This document shows, one piece after another, positions 1 through 9,275 of a stretch of 64,000 nucleotides of DNA. This stretch comes from Clostridia bacterium (lineage in GTDB: Bacteria > Bacillota > Clostridia > Christensenellales > CAG-314). The stretch spans positions 264-64,263 of the forward strand of contig CAAGHL010000060.1 of assembly GCA_900769665.1 (NCBI GenBank), given 5' to 3'. Numbering within the stretch: position 1 is the stretch's first letter; the number at the start of each line of letters is the position of its first letter. The notes beneath the pieces were generated by a model. It had not been told where the DNA came from. It searched no databases and worked only from the letters and a program-made list of their open reading frames with translations. The translations under genes and the position numbers were made by a program.

Positions 1-86
1 ATCGTGTTTGCGCAAAGTCTGTCGTTGCTCTGTACGTGTAGATAGGTTAGGTTGTTGCGACGTGCTTATCACGTGCCGTACGTACA

Positions 87-971
87 TCACTTGTGTTTTC
101 GTCTGTAATACGACGGGGCGTGGCCGAATGTTTTGCGGAAGACTTTACCGAAGTAGTTGTAGTCGTGTACGCCTACTTTGTCGGCGATGTCCGTCAGCGG
201 TTCGTCGGTGTTTTCGATTAGCTCTCGTGCGCCAAGCATGCGTTGCGCCGTGACGTATTTCTTGGGTGGCATGCCCGTAGCCTTGACCACGGCGGTGTAA
301 ATTTGCTTCTCCGACATACAAAACACTTCGCACAGCTCGTCGGAGCCTAGCGGTTTGTCTAGGTTTGCCTTGACGTAGGGCGCAATGGTGTTTTCAAATA
401 CGTTATGTTTGACGGTGATCAGGTTTTTGTTTACGGCGTACTCGAATATGGCAAGGGTCAATTCCTTTACGGCTTCAAACTTTTGCTCCGAAAACCTCGT
501 TGTCTTGAAGTAAAAGTTGCGCATTTCCTTTTCATTAAGTCCGTACTCGGCGCAGTACTTTCCAATGGTTGCCAGCGACTGCTTTTCGGTGCGTGTGTCG
601 CGCATCGGTCCTATGACAATATATCCGTAAATTATCTTGCCGCGTTGCAACTTTATTACCGTTTCCTTCATGCCGAAGTGGCATGTGTAGTGCATGCTGT
701 TGCCGTCGGCTTGTTTCACTTTTTGCATGGCGCAACTGTCGGAGTTTCGGCAACGGTCGGCGTAGTGGCACTTGACCATTTGGCAAAACTTGTTGCCCGG
801 CTCGGTGCAAGCGTAGGTGCCTTCAAAGTTTTCGTCGTACAGTTGCACGGAAGCTTTTGCAAGGTAGCCTAGGTGCGTCAAGAGTTTTTTGATAAGTTGT
901 AGGTCGAAGTTAAGCATGTTTCGAGTATAGCACGTTTGGCGTAAAAACTCAACAAAATAAACAAAAGACAT
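87..971 (-). CDS. AraC-family transcriptional regulator with Cys-rich PocR-like N-terminal sensor domain
   Basis: 294-aa ORF. The C-terminus carries an AraC-type HTH (LTDIADKVGVHDYNYFGKVFRKTFGHAPSYYRR). The N-terminal region is Cys/His-rich (FCQMVKCHYADRCRNSDSC...YTCHFGMKE), as in PocR sensors. It is divergent from the GH20/GH112 genes. Confidence 0.85.
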   Translation of the reverse strand: MSFVYFVEFLRQTCYTRNMLNFDLQLIKKLLTHLGYLAKASVQLYDENFEGTYACTEPGNKFCQMVKCHYADRCRNSDSCAMQKVKQADGNSMHYTCHFGMKETVIKLQRGKIIYGYIVIGPMRDTRTEKQSLATIGKYCAEYGLNEKEMRNFYFKTTRFSEQKFEAVKELTLAIFEYAVNKNLITVKHNVFENTIAPYVKANLDKPLGSDELCEVFCMSEKQIYTAVVKATGMPPKKYVTAQRMLGARELIENTDEPLTDIADKVGVHDYNYFGKVFRKTFGHAPSYYRRKHK

Positions 972-1185
972 AACAAACTTGCTTTATTTGGCGAAAAATT
1001 ACCTATTTTTTGTCGATTTTGCTACTATAAACACCGTCGTGCAAGTGATATAATGTATATGTAAGCCGAAAGTGTCACCGCGGTTGCCGATTTTGGTGCG
1101 GTTAAGTAACTTTCGCTTATGCTATCGTGCCTTTTCGATGCAACGGGCGTCGAAAAGGGACGTTTTGAAATTTGAGGAAGAGAAA

Positions 1186-2778
1186 ATGACGAAAAAAAAA
1201 TTCGGAGCACTTGTGTGCTGTGCAAGCAACGGCGTGATGAAACCGTCAGTGGTAAAAAAGCTTGTCGATATATTGGAGAAAATCGGCTACAATTTGTTGG
1301 AGTTGTGTATCGACGACTTGTACCAAATCGACGGCGAACCCTTCTTCGGTTACATGCGCGGCGGATACACTCACGACGAAATCAAGGATATGGACGCATA
1401 TGCGCAGGCACACGGCGTGGAGTTGGTGCCGTGCATACAAACGCTGTCCCACTTGGACAATTTGGTCAAGTTGCCCGTGTACGCCGACATTGTCGACATA
1501 GACAACATTTTGCTTGTGGACGAACCGAAAACATACGAGCTGATAGACAAAATGTTTGCTTCCCTCGCGGCTGACTTCACTACGCGCAACGTCAACATCG
1601 GTTTCGACGAGGCGCAACACGTAGGTTTGGGCAAGTATTTGGACAAGCACGGATACGTCGACCGCCACAAATTATTGCTCCGACATCTAAACAAGGTTGT
1701 GGAAATCGCCGCAAAATACGGCTTTAAGGTGCACATGTGGAGCGATATGTTTTACCGCCTGTCCAACCACGGCGAGTACAGCGTGTCAAACCCCGTTTTG
1801 CCGCAAGACGTAATCGACAACGTGCCCGACGTTGAGTTGTGTTACTGGGACTACTACAACACCGACGAAAAAATGTACGACGTAATGATGACTTCGCACG
1901 AGCGGTTCGGTAAGCCTCTGTGGTTTACTTGCGCCGCTTGGACGAGCCAAGGCTTTGCTCCGCTCAATCACTATGCACTAAAAACCATTGCCCCCGCAAT
2001 GAAGCAAGTCGCCAAGCACGGCATAAACAACGTTTTGGTTGCACTGTGGGGCGACAATGGACATGATTGCAGTTACTTTGCCGCTTTGCCCGTGTTGTAT
2101 GCCGCCAAGCAATACGCCGAAGGAAACTTTGACGAGAATGCGATTAGACAAGGCTTTGACAAACTGTTTGGCGTAAGTTACGATGACTTTATGTTGCTGG
2201 ACGCACCCAACGTGACGGCTGACAACGCTGACTATTCCAAACCGTATAGCAGTTGCAAGGCGTTGCTGTTCAACGACCCGTTTTTGGGTTGGAAGGACAG
2301 CGCAATAGTGAACACGTCGTTGCCCGATTACCTACATATCGCCGAGAAGCTTACTTCGGCAGGTGAGCGCAACAAGCAATACAAATACCTGTTTGACAAT
2401 ATGGCGGCACTATGCAATATGCTTGCGCTTAAAGCGACGCTTGGAGTGGATACTCGCAGAGCATATCGAGAAAACGACCATAAAGAATTGTTGAAACTGC
2501 AAAAGAGGTACATAGAAACTGCAAAAACGGTACATAACTTCAAACGTGCCTTGCAAAAGGTGTGGTTTGCCGACAACAAACCATTCGGGTGGGAAATACA
2601 CGAAATCCGCCTCGGAGGTTTGGCTTCGCGCTTGGAAGACTGCGCCGCACGCATACAAGATTACCTGCAAGGAAAAGTGAACGACATTCCCGAACTAGAC
2701 ATCGATGTGTTGCCGTACGGAGCAAACAACTTGGATTGCAACGTGTACAAAGCGCTTGTAAGCGTATCGCAATTGTGA
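1186..2778 (+). CDS. GH20-family beta-N-acetylhexosaminidase-like enzyme (cytoplasmic, no signal peptide)
   Basis: The ORF track starts at 1072, but an ATG at 1186 follows a GAGGAAG RBS (MTKKKFG...). NIGFDEAQHVG resembles the GH20 H-x-G-G-D-E catalytic motif, and HMWSDMF and CYWDYY motifs are present. It is adjacent to GH112. Confidence 0.72.
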   Translation: MTKKKFGALVCCASNGVMKPSVVKKLVDILEKIGYNLLELCIDDLYQIDGEPFFGYMRGGYTHDEIKDMDAYAQAHGVELVPCIQTLSHLDNLVKLPVYADIVDIDNILLVDEPKTYELIDKMFASLAADFTTRNVNIGFDEAQHVGLGKYLDKHGYVDRHKLLLRHLNKVVEIAAKYGFKVHMWSDMFYRLSNHGEYSVSNPVLPQDVIDNVPDVELCYWDYYNTDEKMYDVMMTSHERFGKPLWFTCAAWTSQGFAPLNHYALKTIAPAMKQVAKHGINNVLVALWGDNGHDCSYFAALPVLYAAKQYAEGNFDENAIRQGFDKLFGVSYDDFMLLDAPNVTADNADYSKPYSSCKALLFNDPFLGWKDSAIVNTSLPDYLHIAEKLTSAGERNKQYKYLFDNMAALCNMLALKATLGVDTRRAYRENDHKELLKLQKRYIETAKTVHNFKRALQKVWFADNKPFGWEIHEIRLGGLASRLEDCAARIQDYLQGKVNDIPELDIDVLPYGANNLDCNVYKALVSVSQL

Positions 2779-2911
2779 TGAAACGCAAGCTTTGCGATTT
2801 TGCATATGTCGCAAAAATCTTTGCAACACGATGAGAAAATCGCCACTTGATTTGCCGTTGTAACCTGTGCAAAACGACTAGCCGCAACGGAGTAAAACCA
2901 AAGGAAAGTAT

Positions 2912-5071
2912 ATGAGTAAAGGAAGAGTTACGATACCTACCGACGAAAGTTTTGTCGATGGTACAAAGAGAATTGCCGAGCTGTGGGGTGCCGACGCCGT
3001 GCGCGACTGTGACGGGACTCGCCTGCCGAGTAACGCCGCCGAGCTTGCCGAAAAGGTGTACAACACATACTTTATCGTACGTGGCGACAACGAGTGGGGA
3101 CGCGCGCATCCCGAGGAAGCGCATCGCACCTTTTTGCTGTCCGAGCGAGTGACGGCTTTTGAACATAGTTTTGTAATCGACCCCATGGAAGACTACTTCG
3201 CCGACCAAATTTGCCCCGATAGGGAGCAGGTAAAACGTTGGCAAGTGTACGACCGCACGACGGGCAAATTGCACGCCGATTGGGAGTTGAACGACGACGG
3301 CACTGTGACGGTAAACAATGCAACGTTGTATCACGAGTACACGCTGACTTTTATGGCGCGGCTTACTTGGCACCCCGTGCAAATATACAACTACCTTACC
3401 AACAATTGGACGTGCGAAAAGCAACTGATGTACGACCCGTCCTACCCCTGCACAAAAAAGTATATCGAAAGTTTTATGCAAGCTTGGTGTGACGCTCATC
3501 CCGAAACAAACGTGGTGCGTTTTACTACGTTTTTGTACCAGTTTACGCTGATATTCAACAAGCACGGCAAGGAGAAATACGTCGATTGGTTTGGCTACAC
3601 GTTGGCGGCTTCGCCCGTGTTGCTTGACGAATTTGCGGCGGAATACGGCTATGAGCTGACCGCCGAAGACATTGTGGACGGCGGTTGCTACAACAATCCG
3701 TTTCGTGTGCCTAGCAAAAAGTTTCCGGATTACATGGATTTTGTGTGTCGCAGAGTTAGCCAAACGGTGCGCCGACTGACGAACATTGCCCACGCAAACG
3801 GCAAGGAAGCGATGATGTTTCTCGGCGACGACTGGATCGGTGCGGAACCATACGGAAAGTACTTTGCGGAAATGAACCTCGACGCTGTTGTCGGTAGTAT
3901 CGGCGGCGGCGTTACCGAGCGCATGTTGGCGGAAATTCCGTCGGTCAAGTACCGCGAGGGGCGTTTCCTGCCGTACTTCTTCCCCGATACGTTTTTTGAC
4001 GGAAACGAGGACGGCGCGATTGCCGACCTCAACAAGAATTGGAACACGGCACGCCGAGCGATGTTGCGTTGTCCGTTGGACAGGATGGGTTTCGGCGGTT
4101 ACTTGTCGCTTGCGGCAAAGTTTCCCAAGTTTGTGGCTCGGGTTGCCGAGGTGTGCGACGAGTTTCGTGCTATTTGCGATGCCGCCGAAAAGCAAAAACC
4201 ATTTGCGGCGCTTACGGTGGCTGTTCTCAACTGTTGGGGTGCGTTGCGTAGTTGGCAAAGTCACATGGTAGCGCACGAGTTGTGGTATCAGCAAATTTAC
4301 TCCTACCAAGGCGTGTTGGAAAGCTTGTCCGGACAGGCGGTAAACGTCAAGTTTATTTCCTTCGACGACGTTCGTGACGGCATTGCCGATGACATCGATG
4401 TGATTGTCAACGTCGGTGCGGAAAACACCGCATACAGCGGCGGCAATGAGTGGGACGACCCCGTTGTGGCGGAAACAATCCGCAAATGGGTTGCCGACGG
4501 ACACGGCTTTGTAGGTATAGGCGAGCCGACTGCATATCAAAAGGACGGACGTTGCTTTGTGCTTGCCGACGTGCTTGGCGTGGACAAGGAAAAAGGTTTT
4601 ACGCTTAGCGAGGACAAGTACAATATCCAACCGCACGCAAGCTTTATTACCGAGGACGTTGTCGGCGAAATCGACTACGGCGAGGACACCAAAAACATCT
4701 ATGCGCTTGCCAAAACCACCGTTGTGGACATCTCGTTGTCCAAGCGTTTTGTGCGTAACGTAAACATCGGCGAGGTAAAAATCGCCACAAACGACTACGG
4801 CAAGGGGCGCGGCGTGTATATTGCAGGCTTGCCATACAGTGCGCAAAACGCAAGGTTGCTGTACCGTGCGTTGTACTTCGCCGCACACAAGGAAGCGGAC
4901 ATGTACCGTGCGTTCAGCACCAATCCGCTTACGGAGTGCACCTACTACCCCAGTAGCGGCAAATACGCCGTTGTCAACAATTCCGACAGCGACCAAACGA
5001 CGACGTTCTACGACGTTGACGGCACAAGCAAGCAACTTGTAGTGCCTGCGGCAAGTATACTGTGGTTGTGA
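2912..5071 (+). CDS. gnpA: 1,3-beta-galactosyl-N-acetylhexosamine phosphorylase (GH112, GNB/LNB phosphorylase)
   Basis: 719 aa. Long stretches match my recollection of Bifidobacterium LNBP: ELWGADAVRDCDGT, VVRFTTFLYQFTLIF, GKEAMMFLGDDWIGAEPY, KYREGRFLPYFFPDTFF, GGYLSLAAKFPKFV, ATNDYGKGRGVYIAGLPYSAQNARLL. Confidence 0.96.
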   Translation: MSKGRVTIPTDESFVDGTKRIAELWGADAVRDCDGTRLPSNAAELAEKVYNTYFIVRGDNEWGRAHPEEAHRTFLLSERVTAFEHSFVIDPMEDYFADQICPDREQVKRWQVYDRTTGKLHADWELNDDGTVTVNNATLYHEYTLTFMARLTWHPVQIYNYLTNNWTCEKQLMYDPSYPCTKKYIESFMQAWCDAHPETNVVRFTTFLYQFTLIFNKHGKEKYVDWFGYTLAASPVLLDEFAAEYGYELTAEDIVDGGCYNNPFRVPSKKFPDYMDFVCRRVSQTVRRLTNIAHANGKEAMMFLGDDWIGAEPYGKYFAEMNLDAVVGSIGGGVTERMLAEIPSVKYREGRFLPYFFPDTFFDGNEDGAIADLNKNWNTARRAMLRCPLDRMGFGGYLSLAAKFPKFVARVAEVCDEFRAICDAAEKQKPFAALTVAVLNCWGALRSWQSHMVAHELWYQQIYSYQGVLESLSGQAVNVKFISFDDVRDGIADDIDVIVNVGAENTAYSGGNEWDDPVVAETIRKWVADGHGFVGIGEPTAYQKDGRCFVLADVLGVDKEKGFTLSEDKYNIQPHASFITEDVVGEIDYGEDTKNIYALAKTTVVDISLSKRFVRNVNIGEVKIATNDYGKGRGVYIAGLPYSAQNARLLYRALYFAAHKEADMYRAFSTNPLTECTYYPSSGKYAVVNNSDSDQTTTFYDVDGTSKQLVVPAASILWL

Positions 5072-5182
5072 CGCACGATGCACTAATGTCGCACTTTATA
5101 TTGTTAAATATGCAAAAGAGATACGCACAAAGACATTTGGTGGTACAAATTGTCTTTGTGTTACGCAATGGAGGTTTGTAAG

Positions 5183-6115
5183 TTGAAACGGAATAACGTC
5201 GACAACCCGAAACGCAAAAAGATATTTCGCAGACGATTTTTCATCTTCTGCTTTTTGGCGTTTCCCGTTGTAAACTTCCTTATATTTTACGTGTACGTCA
5301 ACTTCGACGCCTTCTTCATGGCGTTTCAACGTCCCGTCACGGGGCAAGGTTTCGGCGCGACGGAGTGGAGCTTGGACAACTTCAAGACGATATTCAAACT
5401 GCTGAGTTTTTCCGAAGAGGGCGTGCTGTGGCAAGCGTTCCTCAACACGGTGCTGTTTTTCCTAGCAGGCATGCTTGTCGGACTTCCGCTGTCCATACTG
5501 ATGAGCTATTTTATATACAAAAAGATAAAAGGCTACAAGCTGTTTCGGTTCGTCACCTATTTGCCCAACATCATTACCAGCTCCGCACTGGTGATATTGT
5601 TCAAAAACGCCGTCGGTCCGGGCGGTCCGATAGACGCGATAATCACCAATCTCGGCGGCGAATACATCGATCCGCTAACCGTCAACGAAACGTCAATTTG
5701 GATGATAATTTTTTACTCCGTCAGTTTCGGTTTCGGCACAAACCTGATTGTGCTAAACGGCGCAATGAACGGCATAAATCAGGAAATGTTGGAAGCGGCA
5801 GAGATAGACGGTTGCAACTGGTTTAAGGAATTGATCTACATAATCATCCCCTCAGTGTGGCCTACGATAAGCACCATTGTGGTATTGGCAACGGCAGGTT
5901 TTCTCGGCGCAACGGGACCGATACTTGCGTTTACCAAGGGTACAAACGGCACAATGACGTTGGCGTTTTACATCTACCAACTTGTCAGTGGCGTAGGCAA
6001 CGGCGGACAGCAAGACGTTTACCTTGCCTCGGCAATCGGCGTAATCATGACGTTGATTTCCTTCCCGTTGGCGCTGTTGGTGCGCAAGCTTGTGTACGGC
6101 AAGGAGGAGGCGTAG
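5183..6115 (+). CDS. Sugar ABC transporter permease (CUT1, MalF/LplB-like)
   Basis: Multi-TM protein with an EAA-like loop (EAAEIDGCNWFKELIYIIIP). The start is uncertain: a TTG at 5183 lies 8 nt after GGAGG, an alternative ATG lies at 5168, and the ORF track starts at 5150. Confidence 0.88.
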   Translation: MKRNNVDNPKRKKIFRRRFFIFCFLAFPVVNFLIFYVYVNFDAFFMAFQRPVTGQGFGATEWSLDNFKTIFKLLSFSEEGVLWQAFLNTVLFFLAGMLVGLPLSILMSYFIYKKIKGYKLFRFVTYLPNIITSSALVILFKNAVGPGGPIDAIITNLGGEYIDPLTVNETSIWMIIFYSVSFGFGTNLIVLNGAMNGINQEMLEAAEIDGCNWFKELIYIIIPSVWPTISTIVVLATAGFLGATGPILAFTKGTNGTMTLAFYIYQLVSGVGNGGQQDVYLASAIGVIMTLISFPLALLVRKLVYGKEEA

Positions 6116-6116
6116 T

Positions 6117-7016
6117 ATGCTAAACTCAAACGCAACGTTGTCTAAACGTAAAAAGTCCGTTTCGCGCAATGTGGTGTTTACAATTGCGTTTGTACTGCTG
6201 ATGTTGTACGTGGTGTACGTGTTGTTTTTCTTCGTGTTTGCATTTGTGTGCGCCACCAAGACGGACAATAGCCGGTACACGCAGGACAAAATCAACGACA
6301 AACTGTTCAGTTTCGGCGGCGGATTCAACCTCAAAAACTTTGTCACCGCCTTCGACCAGTTGGAAACGGTCGTGCAAGGTTGCTCCTTTGGCAACATGCT
6401 GTGGAACTCCGTTTGGCGTACCGTCACAAGCTCGGTGCTGTCCATCATGGCAAGCAGCATGGTGTGCTACATTTTGGTGTTTTACCGCAGCAAAATGACC
6501 AAGTTTATCTACAACCTCGGCTTGTTTGTGTCGGTGTTGCCCGTGTACGGCTCGGCAGGATCCTCCTACCGATTGATGTACAACTTGGGACTAATCAACA
6601 ATCCGCTCAACATGTTTTTGAGCGTTACGTTGTACGGCGGATACTTCTTCTATATGTATGCGTTCTTCAAGTCGCTCAGTTGGGACTACGCCGAGGCGGC
6701 GTTTGTGGACGGCGCAGGACACTTTACCGTGTTTTTCAAGGTCATGTTTCCCATGGCGCTCCCGAGTGTGTCGGCGTTGTTTATTATGTCCTTTATCGCC
6801 GGATGGAACGACTACGAAAGCACGCTACTCCACATGAACAAGTACCCCAACCTTGCCTACGGCGTGTACGCATTCAGCGAAAACCAAAAGTACGTAGCCA
6901 ACATGCCCGGGCTATTTGCCGGCGTATTGATTACGCTAATACCCGTCCTAATACTGTTTCTAATCTTCCAAAATACTATTATGGAGAGGGTGCACCTAGG
7001 CGGATTGAAAGGGTAA
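6117..7016 (+). CDS. Sugar ABC transporter permease (CUT1, MalG/LplC-like)
   Basis: The ATG at 6117 follows AAGGAGGAGG, 1 nt after the upstream stop. The protein has 6 TM segments and an EAAFVDGAGHFTVFFKVMFPMALP EAA motif. Confidence 0.9.
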   Translation: MLNSNATLSKRKKSVSRNVVFTIAFVLLMLYVVYVLFFFVFAFVCATKTDNSRYTQDKINDKLFSFGGGFNLKNFVTAFDQLETVVQGCSFGNMLWNSVWRTVTSSVLSIMASSMVCYILVFYRSKMTKFIYNLGLFVSVLPVYGSAGSSYRLMYNLGLINNPLNMFLSVTLYGGYFFYMYAFFKSLSWDYAEAAFVDGAGHFTVFFKVMFPMALPSVSALFIMSFIAGWNDYESTLLHMNKYPNLAYGVYAFSENQKYVANMPGLFAGVLITLIPVLILFLIFQNTIMERVHLGGLKG

Positions 7017-7583
7017 GCTTGTGAGGTGTGATGTGGGACAACGGCGTATATTCGCACATCTTGCGGCTACGCTTGCCCGACCCACTCGTCATGTACGCTT
7101 TAGTACATTAGGCGAGCATGTCGGGCAACTGTTGCCACAATCTGCACAAATCTCCGCCGTTGCTTTGCAGTAAGGCTAAGGATGTTTATTAAGATGTTTG
7201 CAATTCTAAGTTGACGATAGGTTTCCAGCCTTATTTTGCAGTAAGTCTAAGGTGAGGTAGTGCAACGTTATCTATCAATATCAAGTGGCACTAATTGTAT
7301 CAACTTGCAACAAGCTTGATGGTGTAAGTTTAAGAATATGTCATCCCGAGGCACCATGTTGTTACTAGTTTTTTTGTGACAACAACCCCGTAGACGTGCA
7401 CGTTAGGTGCCGTGGGGATCTCGCGGAAGCGCCCTTGTGAATAAGGTTGTTCCATGTCGGAGTATTCAATTATTGCAAATTCGGCTAGTTTTTAAGTTGG
7501 CTGTCGTATGTAATCAAAAATCACATACGTATTGAAAAATTCGTGACCAAACAAAGTATTCTTGCTTTTTAGGAGGACTTAAT

Positions 7584-9167
7584 ATGAAGAAAATCGTAGC
7601 AGTAGTGGCATTGTTGCTTGTGGCGGTGTTTAGCCTTGGTGCATTTGCCGCTTGCAACCAAAAGCCTGACGAAAACACCCTTACAATCGAGGCGGTCAAC
7701 CTCGGTTTCGGGTTGGATTGGCTATATGCGTTGGGCAACGCCTACACGGCAAAGCACCCCGAAATAAAGGTTAACATCCAACCCTTTGTCGGGCAAGTCG
7801 GCAACGACACAATCAATGGTCACAGCGAGGCGGCGGCAGGGTACACCGACATTTTCGTTTACCGCCCGACCAATTACCACTTCAACGCCTACCAAGGTGC
7901 GGTCAACACTTCCGCAGGCAAAATCGATTGCTTGTACGCCGACCTTACCGACATCTACACCTCTGCCTACGAGGACGGCTCCACGATGGAAGGCAAGATG
8001 GATGCGCAAGTAGCCAACTACCTAAAAGTAAACGGCAAGTACTACGGCGTCAACTGGGTGGACGACTTCATGGGTATCGTGCGCAACAAGGACGCTTGGG
8101 CGAAACTCGGCTTGACGGATGACGATATCCCCGTCACCACCAACGAAATGTTTGCTTTGGGCAACAAAATCAACGGCAAAAATCAAGGCATTGCGCCATT
8201 TATTTACAGCAAAACCGAGGAGTACTACACGTCCGTTTGGGAAGTTTGGATGGCACAATACGAAGGCGAAGAACGCATGGATTACTTCACGCGCGGACTA
8301 AACCCGATGGGCGAATTTGACGAAAACTTGTACAGCTTCCCGGGGCAAAAGGTGGCGTTGGAAGTCGTTTCTCGTCTGTTGGAAAAGAGCGGTAAAAAGT
8401 ACAAGTACCAACACGAAAACAGCGACTCGTTGAGTTTCACCGACATGCAAAGTTACTTCCTCGAAGGTCAAGCGGCGCTGTGCGTAAACGGAAGTTGGCT
8501 GGAAATCGAAATGAACAAGAGTTCCTCCGCAGACAAAACCAACTACAACATCGACTATATCCGTATGCCCGTTGTCAGCGACCTTATCAAGCTTGACGTT
8601 GTCAAAAACGGCGGCGTGGATACCGACGCAAAACTTGCCGAAGTAATCCGCTACGTGGATGCCGTGGACGGCGGCGATACAACGGCAACCAAGCCGACTT
8701 ACGCAAGCGACGAGGCAATAGCGCGTGTGCGTGAAGCAAGACATTTCTCCTACGCTCGCGGCGGTAGCGACCACACAATGGTTGTCGCCGGTTGGTCGGA
8801 AAAGATTGCCCTTGCAAAGGACTTTATCAAGTTTATGTATTCCGACGAAGGAATGAAGGCGTACTACAATGCGCAAGGCGGCATGACTTTGCCTGCAAAA
8901 CTTGCAAGCGGCAACTACGACGAGTTGCAACTAAGCACCTTTACGCAGTCTGTCGTCAATGCAATGAACAACGCCTATTACTCGCAACTTTGCTTCTTCA
9001 AGGCGGCAAAGGTGTACTGTTTAGGCGGCGTAAGTGTCACATACACCAACGGTAGCGGCAATTTTGTCAACGAGCTTCTTGCAGGCAAAACGCCCGACGA
9101 CATCATCAACACAAACAAAACCTACCTAAAACAAAATTGGACTTCCATTGCCAACAAGTGCAAATAA
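7584..9167 (+). CDS. Extracellular solute-binding lipoprotein of the ABC transporter (large LplA-like family 1 SBP)
   Basis: Signal peptide with lipobox (LGAFAAC). The 527-aa length and composition are typical of polysaccharide/oligosaccharide SBPs. An AGGAGG RBS is present. Confidence 0.85.
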   Translation: MKKIVAVVALLLVAVFSLGAFAACNQKPDENTLTIEAVNLGFGLDWLYALGNAYTAKHPEIKVNIQPFVGQVGNDTINGHSEAAAGYTDIFVYRPTNYHFNAYQGAVNTSAGKIDCLYADLTDIYTSAYEDGSTMEGKMDAQVANYLKVNGKYYGVNWVDDFMGIVRNKDAWAKLGLTDDDIPVTTNEMFALGNKINGKNQGIAPFIYSKTEEYYTSVWEVWMAQYEGEERMDYFTRGLNPMGEFDENLYSFPGQKVALEVVSRLLEKSGKKYKYQHENSDSLSFTDMQSYFLEGQAALCVNGSWLEIEMNKSSSADKTNYNIDYIRMPVVSDLIKLDVVKNGGVDTDAKLAEVIRYVDAVDGGDTTATKPTYASDEAIARVREARHFSYARGGSDHTMVVAGWSEKIALAKDFIKFMYSDEGMKAYYNAQGGMTLPAKLASGNYDELQLSTFTQSVVNAMNNAYYSQLCFFKAAKVYCLGGVSVTYTNGSGNFVNELLAGKTPDDIINTNKTYLKQNWTSIANKCK

Positions 9168-9275
9168 TCGTCTTACGATTGTTGGCAAAAACAATGCCGA
9201 CTTTCGGCAAAACAACGGCTGTTTATAGCTAACGCCGACAATCGTGGCTAGCCGACAAACGGCAAACTTACTACA

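Noticed and set aside
2540-5083. 847-aa ORF on the minus strand spanning the whole GH112 gene
   Set aside because: It is antisense shadow of a confidently identified gene. The translation is Arg/Val/His-rich low-complexity sequence with no motifs and no RBS. It is typical of a spurious antisense ORF.
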